From contig OZ252299.1 of NCBI GenBank assembly GCA_965250285.1, positions 3,456,001 through 3,520,000 of the forward strand: a DNA stretch of 64,000 nucleotides. The letters are read 5' to 3'. This document shows positions 1-9,779 of the stretch, piece by piece; the first letter of the stretch is position 1; every line of letters begins with the position of its first letter. This stretch comes from Myxococcota bacterium (GTDB lineage Bacteria > Myxococcota_A > UBA9160 > UBA4427). The position numbers and the translations under genes are program-made. The notes under the pieces were generated by a model, which saw only the letters and a list, made by a program, of their open reading frames with translations, ran no database searches and had not been told where the DNA came from.

Positions 1-1117
1 GACCGACGACCTCGTCCCCGAGTCGTTCATCAGCGGCATGGCCGAGCTCGGGTTCTTCGGCCTCTCGATCCCCGAGGAATACGGCGGCGTCGAGATGGGC
101 AACCTCGCGATGATCCTCACCACCGAAGAGCTCTCACGGGCGTCGCTCGCCGCAGCCGGCTCGCTGATCACGCGCCCCGAGATCCTCACGAAGGCGCTCA
201 TGGGTGGCGGAACCGAGGAGCAGAAGCAGCACTGGCTGCCGAAGCTCGCCTCGGGCGAAGTCATGGCGGCCGTGTCGGTGACCGAGCCCGACATCGGCAG
301 CGACGTGGCGGGCGTGAAGTGCCGCGCCGAGCGCGCGACCGTCGACGGACAGGAAGGCTGGGTCATCAATGGCCCGAAGGCCTGGTGCACGTTCGCGGGC
401 CGCGCCAACGTGCTCGCCCTGCTCGCACGCACCGACCCCGACTTGAGCAAGGGCGCCAAGGGCCTGTCGCTCTTCATCGTCCCGAAGGAGTCGTTCACCG
501 GCCATGCGTTCCAGTGCGAGTCGCCTGGCGGCGGCAAGATGGAAGGCAAGGCCGATGCGACGCCCGGCTACCGCGGCATGCACTCGTTCACGCTGCAGCT
601 CGAGAACTACTTCGTCCCGGCCGAGAATCTGGTAGGCGGCGACGGCGGCGAGGGGCGCGGCTTCTACCTGCAGATGGCGGGCTTCGCGGCGGGTCGGCTG
701 CAGACCGGCGGACGCGGCTGCGGCCTGGCTCAGGCGGCCATCGAAGAGACGGCCAAGTACTGCGTCGACCGCAACCAGTTCGCGCAGCCCATCAGCGAGT
801 TCCAGCTCACCCAGTACACGCTGGGGCGCATGGTCGCCAAGACCGCAGGCGCCCGAGCCATCACCTACGCGGCCGCCCGGGCCTTCGACGAGGACGAGCG
901 CGCCGCAGCGCCGCTGGCCGCCCAGGCCAAGCTGCTCGCCTGCGACGTGGCGGTCGACGTCACCCAGCAGGGTCAGCTGATGCACGGTGGCTGGGGCTAC
1001 GCCGAGGAGTACCCGATCAGCCGCTACGTGGTCGACGCGACGGTGCTGCCGATCTTCGAGGGCGTGAAGCCGGTGCTCGAGCTCAAGGTGATCGGGCGGG
1101 CGCTGCTCGCGGCGTAG
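1..1117 (+). CDS. acyl-CoA dehydrogenase (5'-truncated by window edge)
   Basis: Frame is open from the window start (TDDLVPESFISGMAELGFFGLSIPEEYGG). ACAD motifs TEPDIGSD, NGPKAWCT, R-x-QF, HGGWGY and PIFEG are present. Confidence 0.93.
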   Translation, partial: TDDLVPESFISGMAELGFFGLSIPEEYGGVEMGNLAMILTTEELSRASLAAAGSLITRPEILTKALMGGGTEEQKQHWLPKLASGEVMAAVSVTEPDIGSDVAGVKCRAERATVDGQEGWVINGPKAWCTFAGRANVLALLARTDPDLSKGAKGLSLFIVPKESFTGHAFQCESPGGGKMEGKADATPGYRGMHSFTLQLENYFVPAENLVGGDGGEGRGFYLQMAGFAAGRLQTGGRGCGLAQAAIEETAKYCVDRNQFAQPISEFQLTQYTLGRMVAKTAGARAITYAAARAFDEDERAAAPLAAQAKLLACDVAVDVTQQGQLMHGGWGYAEEYPISRYVVDATVLPIFEGVKPVLELKVIGRALLAA

Positions 1118-1410
1118 GGTTTCGGGACAGGGCGGGAGGGGGTGCCGGGGTCGGAGGACGTGTTCCGACTTCGAATCCCTCCTTTGTGGGCTTCGCGGTC
1201 GGTGGCCGCTCTTGCTCGTCCCTGATCGCTTGCGCATCCAACAGACCTGCGCGGCCCGCGGTGGGCTCACTTCGGGGCCAGCGGCGGCGTGCGGGGCGGC
1301 GGCGGTCGCTTCGCTGGAACACGTCCCCCGACCTCGCGGCTGCCTCTCGATCCCGAGACAGAGACGGGCGCGAACAGATGTCCTGCTGGGGCGGCGGGCG
1401 GCGGTGCCTC

Positions 1411-2712
1411 TCAGCTCGAGTAGAAGGCGGTCAGGACGTCGATCATCGGTGCGACGTCCTCGGTGCCGGCCATCTCGCGGCAGCTGTGCATGCTGAGCAT
1501 CGGGTTGCCGACGTCGACCGTGCGCACGCCGACCCGCGCGGCACTGATCGGGCCGATCGTCGAGCCACACCCGAGGTCGCTTCGCGTCACGAAGTGCTGG
1601 GGCTCGACGCCGACGCCCCGGCAGAGTGCGGCAAACTCGCCGGCGGTCTCCGCATCCGAGGCGTAGGACTGGTTGGCGTTCACCTTGATGACCGGGCCCC
1701 GGCCGATCATGGGTCGGTGGGCGGGCTCGTGGCGATCGGCGTAGTTCGGGTGGACGGCGTGCGCCATGTCGGCCGACACCAGGCGGGATTGCGAGACGGC
1801 TCGGGCGAGGCCCTGCGCCTCGCCCCCCTTGTACGCCTGCACGCAGCGTTCGAGCACGTCGGGGAGCAGACTGCCGGCGGCGCCCTGGGCGCTCCGACTG
1901 CCGACCTCTTCATGGTCGTACAGCACGAGCATCCGGGTCGCGGCGCTCTCGCCCCGAGCCGACGCTGCCAGCAGCGCCGTCAGCCCAGCATGGCTCGACG
2001 CGAGATTGTCGAGGCGCGGCGCGTTGATGAACTCGCCACGCGCGCCGAGCAGACCCGAGGGCTGCGTGTCGTACGCCATCAGATCGAACGAGAGCACGGC
2101 GGGCGGCCGAACGTCCGCGAGCTCGCGCGCACGCAGCTCGGTCGCCAGCAGCTCGCGCACGCCCGGGCCCCCTTCGAGGCCCATGATCGGCACCATGTGC
2201 TGCTGAGCGTTCAGCTTGAGCCCGTCGGTGCGTAGCTCCCGGTAGAGGTGAATCGCGAGGTTCGGCACGCGCAGCAGCGGCCGGCCGAAGTCGATGAGAT
2301 GCGTCTCGACCCCGCTCGACCCCTCGACGGTCACGCGCCCGGCGAGCGAGAGGTCGCGGTCGAGCCAGGTATGCAGCAGGACGCCACCGTACGGCTCGAC
2401 GGCGAGCTGGCGATAGCCCTGGGCATCGCGATCGGCGATGGGCTTGAGTCGCAGATTCGGCGAGTCGGTGTGCGCGCCGATGATGCGGAAGCCCGCCGCG
2501 CTCGGCGCCGCGCGTCCGACCTCGAAGGCCACGATGCTGCCGCCGGCCCGCACGACGTAGTGCTTCGCGCCGGGCTCGTGGGCCCAGAGATCCGCCTCGT
2601 CGATGGCGGTGAAGCCCGCGGCTTCGAGTCGGGCGGCGGTCTCGGCGACGGCGTGATAGGGCGTCGGGGAGCGGTCGATGTAGGTGAGCAGATCGGCGAC
2701 GGGTTCGGCCAT
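1411..2712 (-). CDS. M18 family (aspartyl) aminopeptidase
   Basis: C-terminal part of the 990-aa ORF; plausible start MAEPVADLL at 2712. Motifs SPTPYHA, AHTDSP, RLDNL, DHEEVGS, ADMAHAVHPNY and MHSCRE. Confidence 0.93.
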   Translation of the reverse strand: MAEPVADLLTYIDRSPTPYHAVAETAARLEAAGFTAIDEADLWAHEPGAKHYVVRAGGSIVAFEVGRAAPSAAGFRIIGAHTDSPNLRLKPIADRDAQGYRQLAVEPYGGVLLHTWLDRDLSLAGRVTVEGSSGVETHLIDFGRPLLRVPNLAIHLYRELRTDGLKLNAQQHMVPIMGLEGGPGVRELLATELRARELADVRPPAVLSFDLMAYDTQPSGLLGARGEFINAPRLDNLASSHAGLTALLAASARGESAATRMLVLYDHEEVGSRSAQGAAGSLLPDVLERCVQAYKGGEAQGLARAVSQSRLVSADMAHAVHPNYADRHEPAHRPMIGRGPVIKVNANQSYASDAETAGEFAALCRGVGVEPQHFVTRSDLGCGSTIGPISAARVGVRTVDVGNPMLSMHSCREMAGTEDVAPMIDVLTAFYSS

Positions 2713-2849
2713 GGCGGAACCATAGCGGCGAAGCGACTCGAAGGGCGGCCCGCCCGGATTCGAAACAGCGCGCGGTGCCTTCCCGCGCACCCGGGCGCAG
2801 TGCTGAATGCGGGCCTGCCGCGTGCAACCGTGCAGCACCGAATGCGCGT

Positions 2850-3632
2850 CTACTGCGCGCGCCCGCGCTCCATCACCTTCTGTCTCACCTCGCGGATGCC
2901 CTCGGCGGTCACACCCGCGGCGCGGTTCGCGTCGCGCTCGATCTCGCGTCCCCGGCCGAAGGTCTCGGCGAAACCCTGATCGATCACACCCTTGTACGCC
3001 CGCACCATGTGCGATTGGCATGAGAGCATGTCGGCGGCCAGGCTGCGGCACGTGTCGAGCAGCGCCTCCGGCTCGACCACGCGGTTGAGCAAACCCCATC
3101 GCTCGGCCGTTTCGGCATCGAGGAAGTTGCCCGTGAGCGAGAGCTCCTTGGCGCGGTAGATGCCCACGAGCCGCGAGAGCTTCTGCGACAGCCCCCAACC
3201 CGGCATGATGCCGACCCGCGCGTGTGTGTCGGCGAAGCGGGCCCGGGTCGAACCGATCAGGACGTCGCAGGCCAGGGCGACCTCGAAGCCTCCGGTGATC
3301 GCCACGCCGTTGATCGCTCCGATGATCGGCTTCGAGCAGTCCTCCATTGCGCGAATCAGATCGTTGCCCGAAGTGACCGCCGCGGCCGAGTCGGTGGCGC
3401 CGGCCGGGGCTTCGCCCGAGAGCTCCTTCAGGTCGAGGCCGGCCGTGAAGGCGCGCTCCCCGGCGCCGGTCAGGATCACGACGCCGATCTCGTCGTCCGC
3501 GTCTGCGTCGAGAAAGGCCCGGGTCAACCGTGCCCGCACCTCGTTCGAGAGCGCGTTCATGGCCTTCGGACGGTTCAACGTGACGAGGGCGATGCCCTCC
3601 TTCTTCTCGATCAGCACGACGGGTTCGGGCAC
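2850..3632 (-). CDS. enoyl-CoA hydratase/crotonase family protein
   Basis: Motifs LNRPKAMNAL, FTAGLDLKE, GGFEVALACD and GIMPGWG. Confidence 0.92.
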   Translation of the reverse strand: MPEPVVLIEKKEGIALVTLNRPKAMNALSNEVRARLTRAFLDADADDEIGVVILTGAGERAFTAGLDLKELSGEAPAGATDSAAAVTSGNDLIRAMEDCSKPIIGAINGVAITGGFEVALACDVLIGSTRARFADTHARVGIMPGWGLSQKLSRLVGIYRAKELSLTGNFLDAETAERWGLLNRVVEPEALLDTCRSLAADMLSCQSHMVRAYKGVIDQGFAETFGRGREIERDANRAAGVTAEGIREVRQKVMERGRAQ

Positions 3633-3734
3633 GACGGGGCTCCTCGACGATTCGGGCGCGGGAGTGCGCGGATCGAGGAGTATGGCGCACGGGGTGCGCG
3701 GGCAAGCCGGCGGGTGCTGGCTGCTTGGCCGGTG

Positions 3735-4283
3735 CTAGAAGGTGACTTCGAGCGTCGCGAAGGAGCGGCGGCGTCCGGGTGCGCGCACCTTGACGACCAC
3801 GTCGTTCTCGGCGACGCGCATCGGCTGCTCCACCACCAGCGGCCCGAGCTTCGGGCGCTCGAGCATCACGATGGGCTGCGCCGCCGGGCGCTCCGGACCG
3901 AGCTCTTCGTCGCCGTACAGCGTCCGGTCGACCGAGGAGAGCGCGCGCGGGATCGTGTCGAAGCGCGTGTCGTCGAGCGCGCTGACGGGCGCCGGCCGCG
4001 TGACGGTCGCGGCCGCATAGGCCGATTGCAGCGCGGCGAACTCGGCGACCATCGCCGACGTCGCAGTGACGCCGTGGGCCGAGGTCACCGCGATGGCCGC
4101 GGTATCGGCCTCGCTGGCCTGAACCGCGCCAGCGAGCGAGCAGATCCACGCCGTCACGCCCGCCAGCACGAGCGCACGGATCTCGATCCGTCCGTCCGAC
4201 CGGCTCATCGCGCGCTCGACCGCGCTCTGGTGACTGCGACCCCGCATCGGCTCGCCTCCGAATCCCTCGAGCTCGTGGCTCAC
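3735..4283 (-). CDS. hypothetical, probably secreted protein (start uncertain)
   Basis: Hydrophobic segment ending AVQA (signal-peptide-like), C-terminal ...LEVTF, and a sigma54-type promoter upstream. Confidence 0.55.
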   Translation of the reverse strand: MSHELEGFGGEPMRGRSHQSAVERAMSRSDGRIEIRALVLAGVTAWICSLAGAVQASEADTAAIAVTSAHGVTATSAMVAEFAALQSAYAAATVTRPAPVSALDDTRFDTIPRALSSVDRTLYGDEELGPERPAAQPIVMLERPKLGPLVVEQPMRVAENDVVVKVRAPGRRRSFATLEVTF

Positions 4284-4378
4284 CCGTTGAGGGCGGTCTC
4301 GATCTCGCGGGTTCCGCAGATCCTCCTCCGATCGCTGGGCGAGCGGGGGAGGCTCGACGCCCCTCGCGACGAGAAGAT

Positions 4379-4394
4379 TGCAAGGCGTGTGCCG
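4379..4394 (-). promoter_or_regulatory. putative sigma54 -24/-12 promoter
   Basis: Minus strand reads CGGCAC-ACGCC-TTGCA (GG-N10-GC), about 95 bp upstream of the 3735-4283 ORF. Confidence 0.65.
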
Positions 4395-4476
4395 TTGCCG
4401 CTCGCCGAAGGGATGCGACTCAGACTACTGCCATGGGCCCGTGGGGCCGTGCGGGGCATCACACGTGTGCAACTTG

Positions 4477-4490
4477 GGTAGTGCACTACC
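4477..4490. promoter_or_regulatory. perfect 14-bp palindrome, candidate enhancer-binding site
   Basis: GGTAGTGCACTACC, about 85-95 bp upstream of the putative sigma54 -24 box. Confidence 0.45.
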
Positions 4491-4600
4491 GATGGGTGCC
4501 GATCGACCACCGCCGCCCGTCACGGACTCGACACCCCGAGGTGCCTGCCCCCCACCCGGGGCTGCCGCTGGGGCGCTCCCCAGCCGAGCGCGTCCCCCGC

Positions 4601-5170
4601 TCAGCGCGAAGCGAGCACCGTCGGCACCTTGCGCGCCATGCGCAGCAGGCTCTCTTCATCGGTCATCGCCGCGAAGCGCTCTGGGCTGAACCACTGCAGA
4701 TCGATCGACTCTTCGCTCGTGACGAGGGGTTGATCGGGATGGGCCCGCAGCAGGAACCGAACGTCGTGGTGCTCGTGCGCCGGCTCGTCGCCGCGCGCCG
4801 GGATCAGGTGCACGTCGACGTCGAGGGGAATCGGCACGCCGCCTTCGTCGAGGGAGAGCACGTCGAACTGCGCCATCCCCGACTCTTCCTGCGCCTCGCG
4901 CAGCGCGACCGCGAGCGGGTCGGGGTCGCCGTCGGCGTGTCCGCCGAGCTGCAGCCAGCGCTCGAGCTTGCGGTGATGCGTGAGCAGGCAGGCCTGCTCG
5001 TCAGGCGAGAGGATCCAAGCCGAGGCGGTCACGTGCCCCGGCAGGCAAGTGCGTTCGAAGCAGTCGGCGTGTCCCTCGACGAGAGCGCGAATGCGACCCA
5101 CGCACGCGTGCTCGTCGGGATGACGAACGAGATAGCGGTCGAGCATCTCGAGGAGCGGGCGGCGATGCAC
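4601..5170 (-). CDS. NUDIX hydrolase
   Basis: Nudix box GGHADGDPDPLAVALREAQEESG, plus GHVTASAW and HHDVRF. Confidence 0.9.
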   Translation of the reverse strand: MHRRPLLEMLDRYLVRHPDEHACVGRIRALVEGHADCFERTCLPGHVTASAWILSPDEQACLLTHHRKLERWLQLGGHADGDPDPLAVALREAQEESGMAQFDVLSLDEGGVPIPLDVDVHLIPARGDEPAHEHHDVRFLLRAHPDQPLVTSEESIDLQWFSPERFAAMTDEESLLRMARKVPTVLASR

Positions 5171-5177
5171 CGTTTCG

Positions 5178-6551
5178 TCAGTCCGGCGCGCCGACGGGCT
5201 CGCGCATCGTCACGAACTCTTCGGCCGCCGTCGGATGGATGCCGATCGTCGCGTCGAACTGCGCCTTCGTCGCGCCCGCCTTGATCGCCACCGCGAAGCC
5301 TTGAACGATCTCGCCGGCATCGGGCCCGACCATGTGCAGCCCGACCACGCGATCGGTCTTGCGATCGACGATCAGCTTCATGAGCGTGCGCTCCTCGCCC
5401 CCTGTGAGCGTGTGTTTGAGCGCGCGGAACTCACTGCGATAGATGTCGACCTTGTCGCACATCACATCGGCCTGCTCTTCGGTGAGGCCCACGCACGCCA
5501 CCGGCGGCTGACTGAAGACGGCGTGGGGCACCTCGTGATGATCCGGCTTCGTCGGGCCCGAGTCGGCGGCGAAGAGCAGTCGGGAGACGCACGCGCCTTC
5601 GTGGATCGCCACGGGCGTCAGGTTGATGCGGTTCGTGACGTCACCCACGGCGAAGATGTTCGGGACGCTCGTACGAGACTCGTCGTCGACCACGATCGCG
5701 CCGTCTCGGTCGAGCTCGACGCCGACCTGCTCGAGGCCCAGATCCTTCGACAGCGGATGGCGTCCCGTGGCGCACAGCAGCTGGTCGGCCTCGACGACGC
5801 TGCCGTCGTCGAGACGGGCGCGGATCCCAGTGTCGGTCTTCTCGATCCGCGTCGGCACGGCGTCGAAGCGAAGATCGATGCCCTTCGAGCGCATCTCGTG
5901 CGCGAGATGGGCGCGGACGTCGGCGTCGAACCCGCGCAAGAACAGCGGCCCTCGGTAGAGCTGCACCACCTCGCAGCCGAGATTGTGGAGAACGCAGGCG
6001 AACTCGACGGCGATGTAGCCGCCGCCGACGATGACGATCCGCCGCGGCATCTCATCGAGATGGAACATCTCGTTCGAGCTGATCGCGTGCTCGACCCCTT
6101 CGATGCGCCTCGGGAGGGTCGGCCACCCGCCGACGGCGACGAGGATCGACTCGGTCGTGTAGTGCCGATCCCCGACGGCCACGGTGTGCGCATCGACGAT
6201 GCGGGCGCGGCCCTGGATCAGCTCGCAACCCGCCCCTTCGAGCAGCTGGCCATAGATGCCGTTCAGGCGAGCGATCTCACGATCCTTGTTCGCGATCAGC
6301 GTCTTCCAGTCGAAGCTCGGCTCGTCGACCGTCCAGCCATAACCGGCCCGCGCGTCGTGCAGCTCCTCTCGAAAGTGAGAGGCGTAGACGAGCAGCTTCT
6401 TGGGAATGCAGCCGACGTTCACGCACGTGCCGCCGAGGTCGCGTTCTTCGGCGACGGCGACCCGCGCGCCGAAGCCCGCCGAGAAGCGAGCAGCGCGCAC
6501 GCCCCCCGAGCCGGCGCCGATGACGAAGAGGTCGTAGTCGTAAGAGGACAT
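5178..6551 (-). CDS. gor: glutathione-disulfide reductase
   Basis: Start MSSYDYDLFVIGAGSGGVRAAR; redox motif GGTCVNVGCIPKK; GGGYIAVE; C-terminal HPTAAEEFVTMR. Confidence 0.93.
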   Translation of the reverse strand: MSSYDYDLFVIGAGSGGVRAARFSAGFGARVAVAEERDLGGTCVNVGCIPKKLLVYASHFREELHDARAGYGWTVDEPSFDWKTLIANKDREIARLNGIYGQLLEGAGCELIQGRARIVDAHTVAVGDRHYTTESILVAVGGWPTLPRRIEGVEHAISSNEMFHLDEMPRRIVIVGGGYIAVEFACVLHNLGCEVVQLYRGPLFLRGFDADVRAHLAHEMRSKGIDLRFDAVPTRIEKTDTGIRARLDDGSVVEADQLLCATGRHPLSKDLGLEQVGVELDRDGAIVVDDESRTSVPNIFAVGDVTNRINLTPVAIHEGACVSRLLFAADSGPTKPDHHEVPHAVFSQPPVACVGLTEEQADVMCDKVDIYRSEFRALKHTLTGGEERTLMKLIVDRKTDRVVGLHMVGPDAGEIVQGFAVAIKAGATKAQFDATIGIHPTAAEEFVTMREPVGAPD

Positions 6552-6651
6552 GAGGGTCGGGTGCGCTCCAGGGGTTCGTGAGATCGGGGGCGCCAGGATA
6601 GCCCTGGTCGGTCGCGGCCGACGTGGCCTGCCCGTTATCTTCCGGGCTTCG

Positions 6652-7608
6652 ATGCCGACCTCGACCGAACGAAACACGGACGCCGCCGACCCGGCGGGCC
6701 CCGCCGCTGCAAGCGAGCGCGTGCCTGCGCTCGTCGTCTCGGGCTTCCTCGGCTCGGGCAAGACGACGCTGGTGCGGCAGCTCCTCGATCAGGCTCAGGC
6801 CGAGGGTCGCCGTGTGGCTTTCGTCTCGAACGAGCTCGGCGAGCTCGGCGTCGACCGCGCGCTGCTCGGCAGCGGCGGCGAGGCCTACGTCGAGCTCGAG
6901 GGTGGATGCGTCTGCTGCGAGCTCTCCGACGACCTCGTGAACACGCTGCAGATGCTCTACGAAGAGGTGCGCCCCGACCGCATCGTCGTCGAGACCAGCG
7001 GAGTCGCCCTGCCCTGGGACACGCAGCTCAACTTCTGGCGCGATCCGGTGCGCGACTGGGTCGGCGACGACATGGCGGTCGTCGTCGTGAACGCCGAGCA
7101 GGTGGCCGAAGGCCGCGATCTCGAGGGCACGTTCGAAGACCAGGTGTCGAGCGCCGATCTGCTCGTCCTGCACAAGGTCGATCTCGTGAGCGAAGCCCAG
7201 CTCGAAGCGGTCCGCGCGCACCTCCGGTCGATCGAAGACGAGGCACCGATCGTCGAGGCGGTCCACGGCGATGTCGACCCCGAGCTGCTCTTTCCACCGA
7301 GCGCGACCGAGGTCGATCGCCGCGGTGACGCGCCCGCGTCGCGACCGCACCACCACGAGCAGTTCGAGACCGAGCTCTGGGAGCCGGGCGATGCGCTGTC
7401 GCTCGACGCCATCGAAGCCCGGCTCGAGGCCGAGCCCGAGCTGCTGAGGGCCAAGGGGTTCGTCCGCCGCGACGGCGCGGTGTACGTCGTGCAGGTGGTC
7501 GGGCGCCGGGTCGAGATCACGCCGCTCGAGGGCGAGTTGCCCGAAGATGCGCCCGGGCGAATCGTGCTGATTCGACGCAGCGACGCCCCCCCGGTGGCGC
7601 ACGGCTGA
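6652..7608 (+). CDS. CobW/COG0523 family metallochaperone GTPase
   Basis: Walker A GFLGSGKTT, GCVCC metal motif, ETSG, a short HHH stretch and LLRAKG. Start taken at ATG 6652. Confidence 0.88.
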   Translation: MPTSTERNTDAADPAGPAAASERVPALVVSGFLGSGKTTLVRQLLDQAQAEGRRVAFVSNELGELGVDRALLGSGGEAYVELEGGCVCCELSDDLVNTLQMLYEEVRPDRIVVETSGVALPWDTQLNFWRDPVRDWVGDDMAVVVVNAEQVAEGRDLEGTFEDQVSSADLLVLHKVDLVSEAQLEAVRAHLRSIEDEAPIVEAVHGDVDPELLFPPSATEVDRRGDAPASRPHHHEQFETELWEPGDALSLDAIEARLEAEPELLRAKGFVRRDGAVYVVQVVGRRVEITPLEGELPEDAPGRIVLIRRSDAPPVAHG

Positions 7609-7650
7609 TCCACCACTGCGGCGGCGACGTGGTGGCGCTCGGCGGCCGAG

Positions 7651-8499
7651 TCAGCGCGCCGACGACCTGCGCGTCGCCTTCTTCTTGCCCGGGGCAGACT
7701 TGCGCGGCGAGCGCTGCTTCTCGGCGCTCTTCTTCTTGGCAGCTGTCCTCTCCTTGGCAGCGCCCTTCTTCGTCGAACGCGCCCGCTTCGCAGCCGCCTT
7801 CTTCGTCGCCCCCGCCTTGAGCTTCGAGCGCGAGCCCGGTCCGCCGCCGCCGGCTTTCGCTTCTTCGCGCATGCGGCGCTTCGTCGCGGCCCAGCCACAG
7901 ATCGCGCACGACGCCAGATCGTGCCCGCGCGCCGGGCAGTGTTCGCGACCGAAGAAGATGATGGCGAGGTGCAGCCAGCCCCAATCCGACGGTTCGAAGA
8001 GCGCCTTCAGATCACGCTCGGTCTTCTCGACCGAGGTCTCGTCCGACAGCCCCCAACGCGCCGCGAGCCGGTGGATGTGCGTGTCGACCGGGAACGCATC
8101 GCGGCCGAATGCCTGCGCCATGACGACGCTGGCCGTCTTGTGCCCGACACCGGGCAGTGCTTCGAGTGCCTCGAAATCAGCCGGCACCTCACCGCCGTGC
8201 TGCTCGAGCAGCATCTCGCTGAGCCGCTGGATGTTGCGGGCCTTCTGCGGCGCGAGGCCGCAGCTGCGAATGTGAGAGAGGATCCGATCCGAGCCCAGGC
8301 GAGCCATCGAGGCCGGCTCGGGCGCCTCGGCGAAGAGCGACGGCGTCACCTGGTTCACCCGCTCATCGGTCGTTTGCGCCGAGAGCAGCACCGCGACCAA
8401 CAGCGTGAACGCGTCGCGATGGTCGAGCGGAATCGGGGGCTCGGGATACAGATCGCGCAGGATCCGGGTGATCTCGCGAGCCTTCTCGGCGCGGGTCAT
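7651..8499 (-). CDS. nth: endonuclease III (HhH-GPD DNA glycosylase) with basic C-terminal tail
   Basis: LLSAQTTD, HhH motif LPGVGHKTA and FPVDTHIHR. Start MTRAEKA at 8499. Confidence 0.92.
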   Translation of the reverse strand: MTRAEKAREITRILRDLYPEPPIPLDHRDAFTLLVAVLLSAQTTDERVNQVTPSLFAEAPEPASMARLGSDRILSHIRSCGLAPQKARNIQRLSEMLLEQHGGEVPADFEALEALPGVGHKTASVVMAQAFGRDAFPVDTHIHRLAARWGLSDETSVEKTERDLKALFEPSDWGWLHLAIIFFGREHCPARGHDLASCAICGWAATKRRMREEAKAGGGGPGSRSKLKAGATKKAAAKRARSTKKGAAKERTAAKKKSAEKQRSPRKSAPGKKKATRRSSAR

Positions 8500-8845
8500 G
8501 GGCCCTCTGTTCGACTTCGCCGGAGTGTGGCCGCGGCCCTCGTTTCGGCTCGACCGAGAACGTGGCCGCCGCCCTCGATGCGTCGGCAATGGCGCGCACG
8601 CGACGCGCGGACGGCGCACGATAGCGAACGGTCGGCACCGGGTGGGCCCGTGTCGTCGCTTCCCCTCTGCGAGGAGACCTCCTACCATCCGGGCGGTCCG
8701 ACGACGCGCCCTTCACGTCACCGCCCGGTCGCCCGCAATCGCGAGCGACCCCGCGATGTGCGTGAACCGGCGCCGTGCGCATGGGGGACGGATTGCTCCG
8801 CACCGAGACGACGACGCCCACGATCGCGACGAGGGTGCAACCGCG

Positions 8846-9763
8846 ATGAGTGACGCGACGCATCGATCGGGCTCACCGCTCGACGCGCTCGAGACCGCGG
8901 GCGCGACCGACGTCGGTCAGGTGCGCATGGCCAACCAGGACGCGTTCGGAGAGTTCCGCGACGCCGAACGCCATCGTCACATGTTGCTCGTCGCCGACGG
9001 GATGGGCGGGCACCGGGGCGGCGAAGTCGCGAGTAGCATGACGGTCGATACGGTGCGCGACTTCTTCGCGAGCGAAACAGGGCCCGCGGGCGAGTTTGTC
9101 ATGTCGGCGCTTCAGCTCGCCAACACGCACGTCTACGACCGGGCCTCGACCGATGGCCAGCTCGCGGGGATGGGCACGACCGCGGTGGCGCTGCTCTTCG
9201 ACGAGAGTCGTGAGGCCTGGGTCGGCCACGTCGGCGACAGCCGCTGCTATCGACTCCGCGATGGCGTGATGACCCAGCTCACCGACGATCACTCGGTCGT
9301 GGGTGAGCTCGTGCGACGCGGGCAGCTCACACCCGACGAGGCCCGCGTTCACCCTCAGAGCAACGAGATCCTGCGCGCGATCGGCACCCAACCGGATGTC
9401 GTCGTCGACGTGCAGTCGGTGGACGTGCAGCCCGGCGACCGATACCTGCTCTGCTCCGATGGCCTCTCGGGCATGATCACCGACGACGAAATCGCCGAAG
9501 TGCTCGCGAGCCAGGCACCGCAAGAGGCGGTGCGTACGCTGATCGACCGCGCGAACGAGGCGGGCGGCACCGACAACATCACCGTGCAGATCGGCGTCGT
9601 CGGCCCCTTCGGCGAGGGAGCGGCGACGGCAACGTCGGCCCCGAGCCCGGGACCGCCTGCGCGCCCGAGCGAGACGCCCGTGCAAACCGACTTCGGCCTG
9701 CTGCCGTGGCTCGTGCTCGCCGCCATCGTCGCCCTCGGCCTCGTGTGGTGGCTCACCAGCTGA
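8846..9763 (+). CDS. PP2C/Stp1-type Ser/Thr protein phosphatase with C-terminal TM anchor
   Basis: Motifs TDVGQVR-xx-NQD, VADGMGGH, MGTT, HVGDSR, DHS, CSDGL and GGTDNIT, followed by a hydrophobic C-terminal helix. Confidence 0.92.
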   Translation: MSDATHRSGSPLDALETAGATDVGQVRMANQDAFGEFRDAERHRHMLLVADGMGGHRGGEVASSMTVDTVRDFFASETGPAGEFVMSALQLANTHVYDRASTDGQLAGMGTTAVALLFDESREAWVGHVGDSRCYRLRDGVMTQLTDDHSVVGELVRRGQLTPDEARVHPQSNEILRAIGTQPDVVVDVQSVDVQPGDRYLLCSDGLSGMITDDEIAEVLASQAPQEAVRTLIDRANEAGGTDNITVQIGVVGPFGEGAATATSAPSPGPPARPSETPVQTDFGLLPWLVLAAIVALGLVWWLTS

Positions 9764-9779
9764 GGGGCGGCCGGGCCCC

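Noticed and set aside
1411..4383. 990-aa ORF as one fusion protein
   Set aside because: Only 1411-2712 is an M18 peptidase. The upstream part is an Arg/Ala-rich alternative frame over the crotonase and hypothetical genes.
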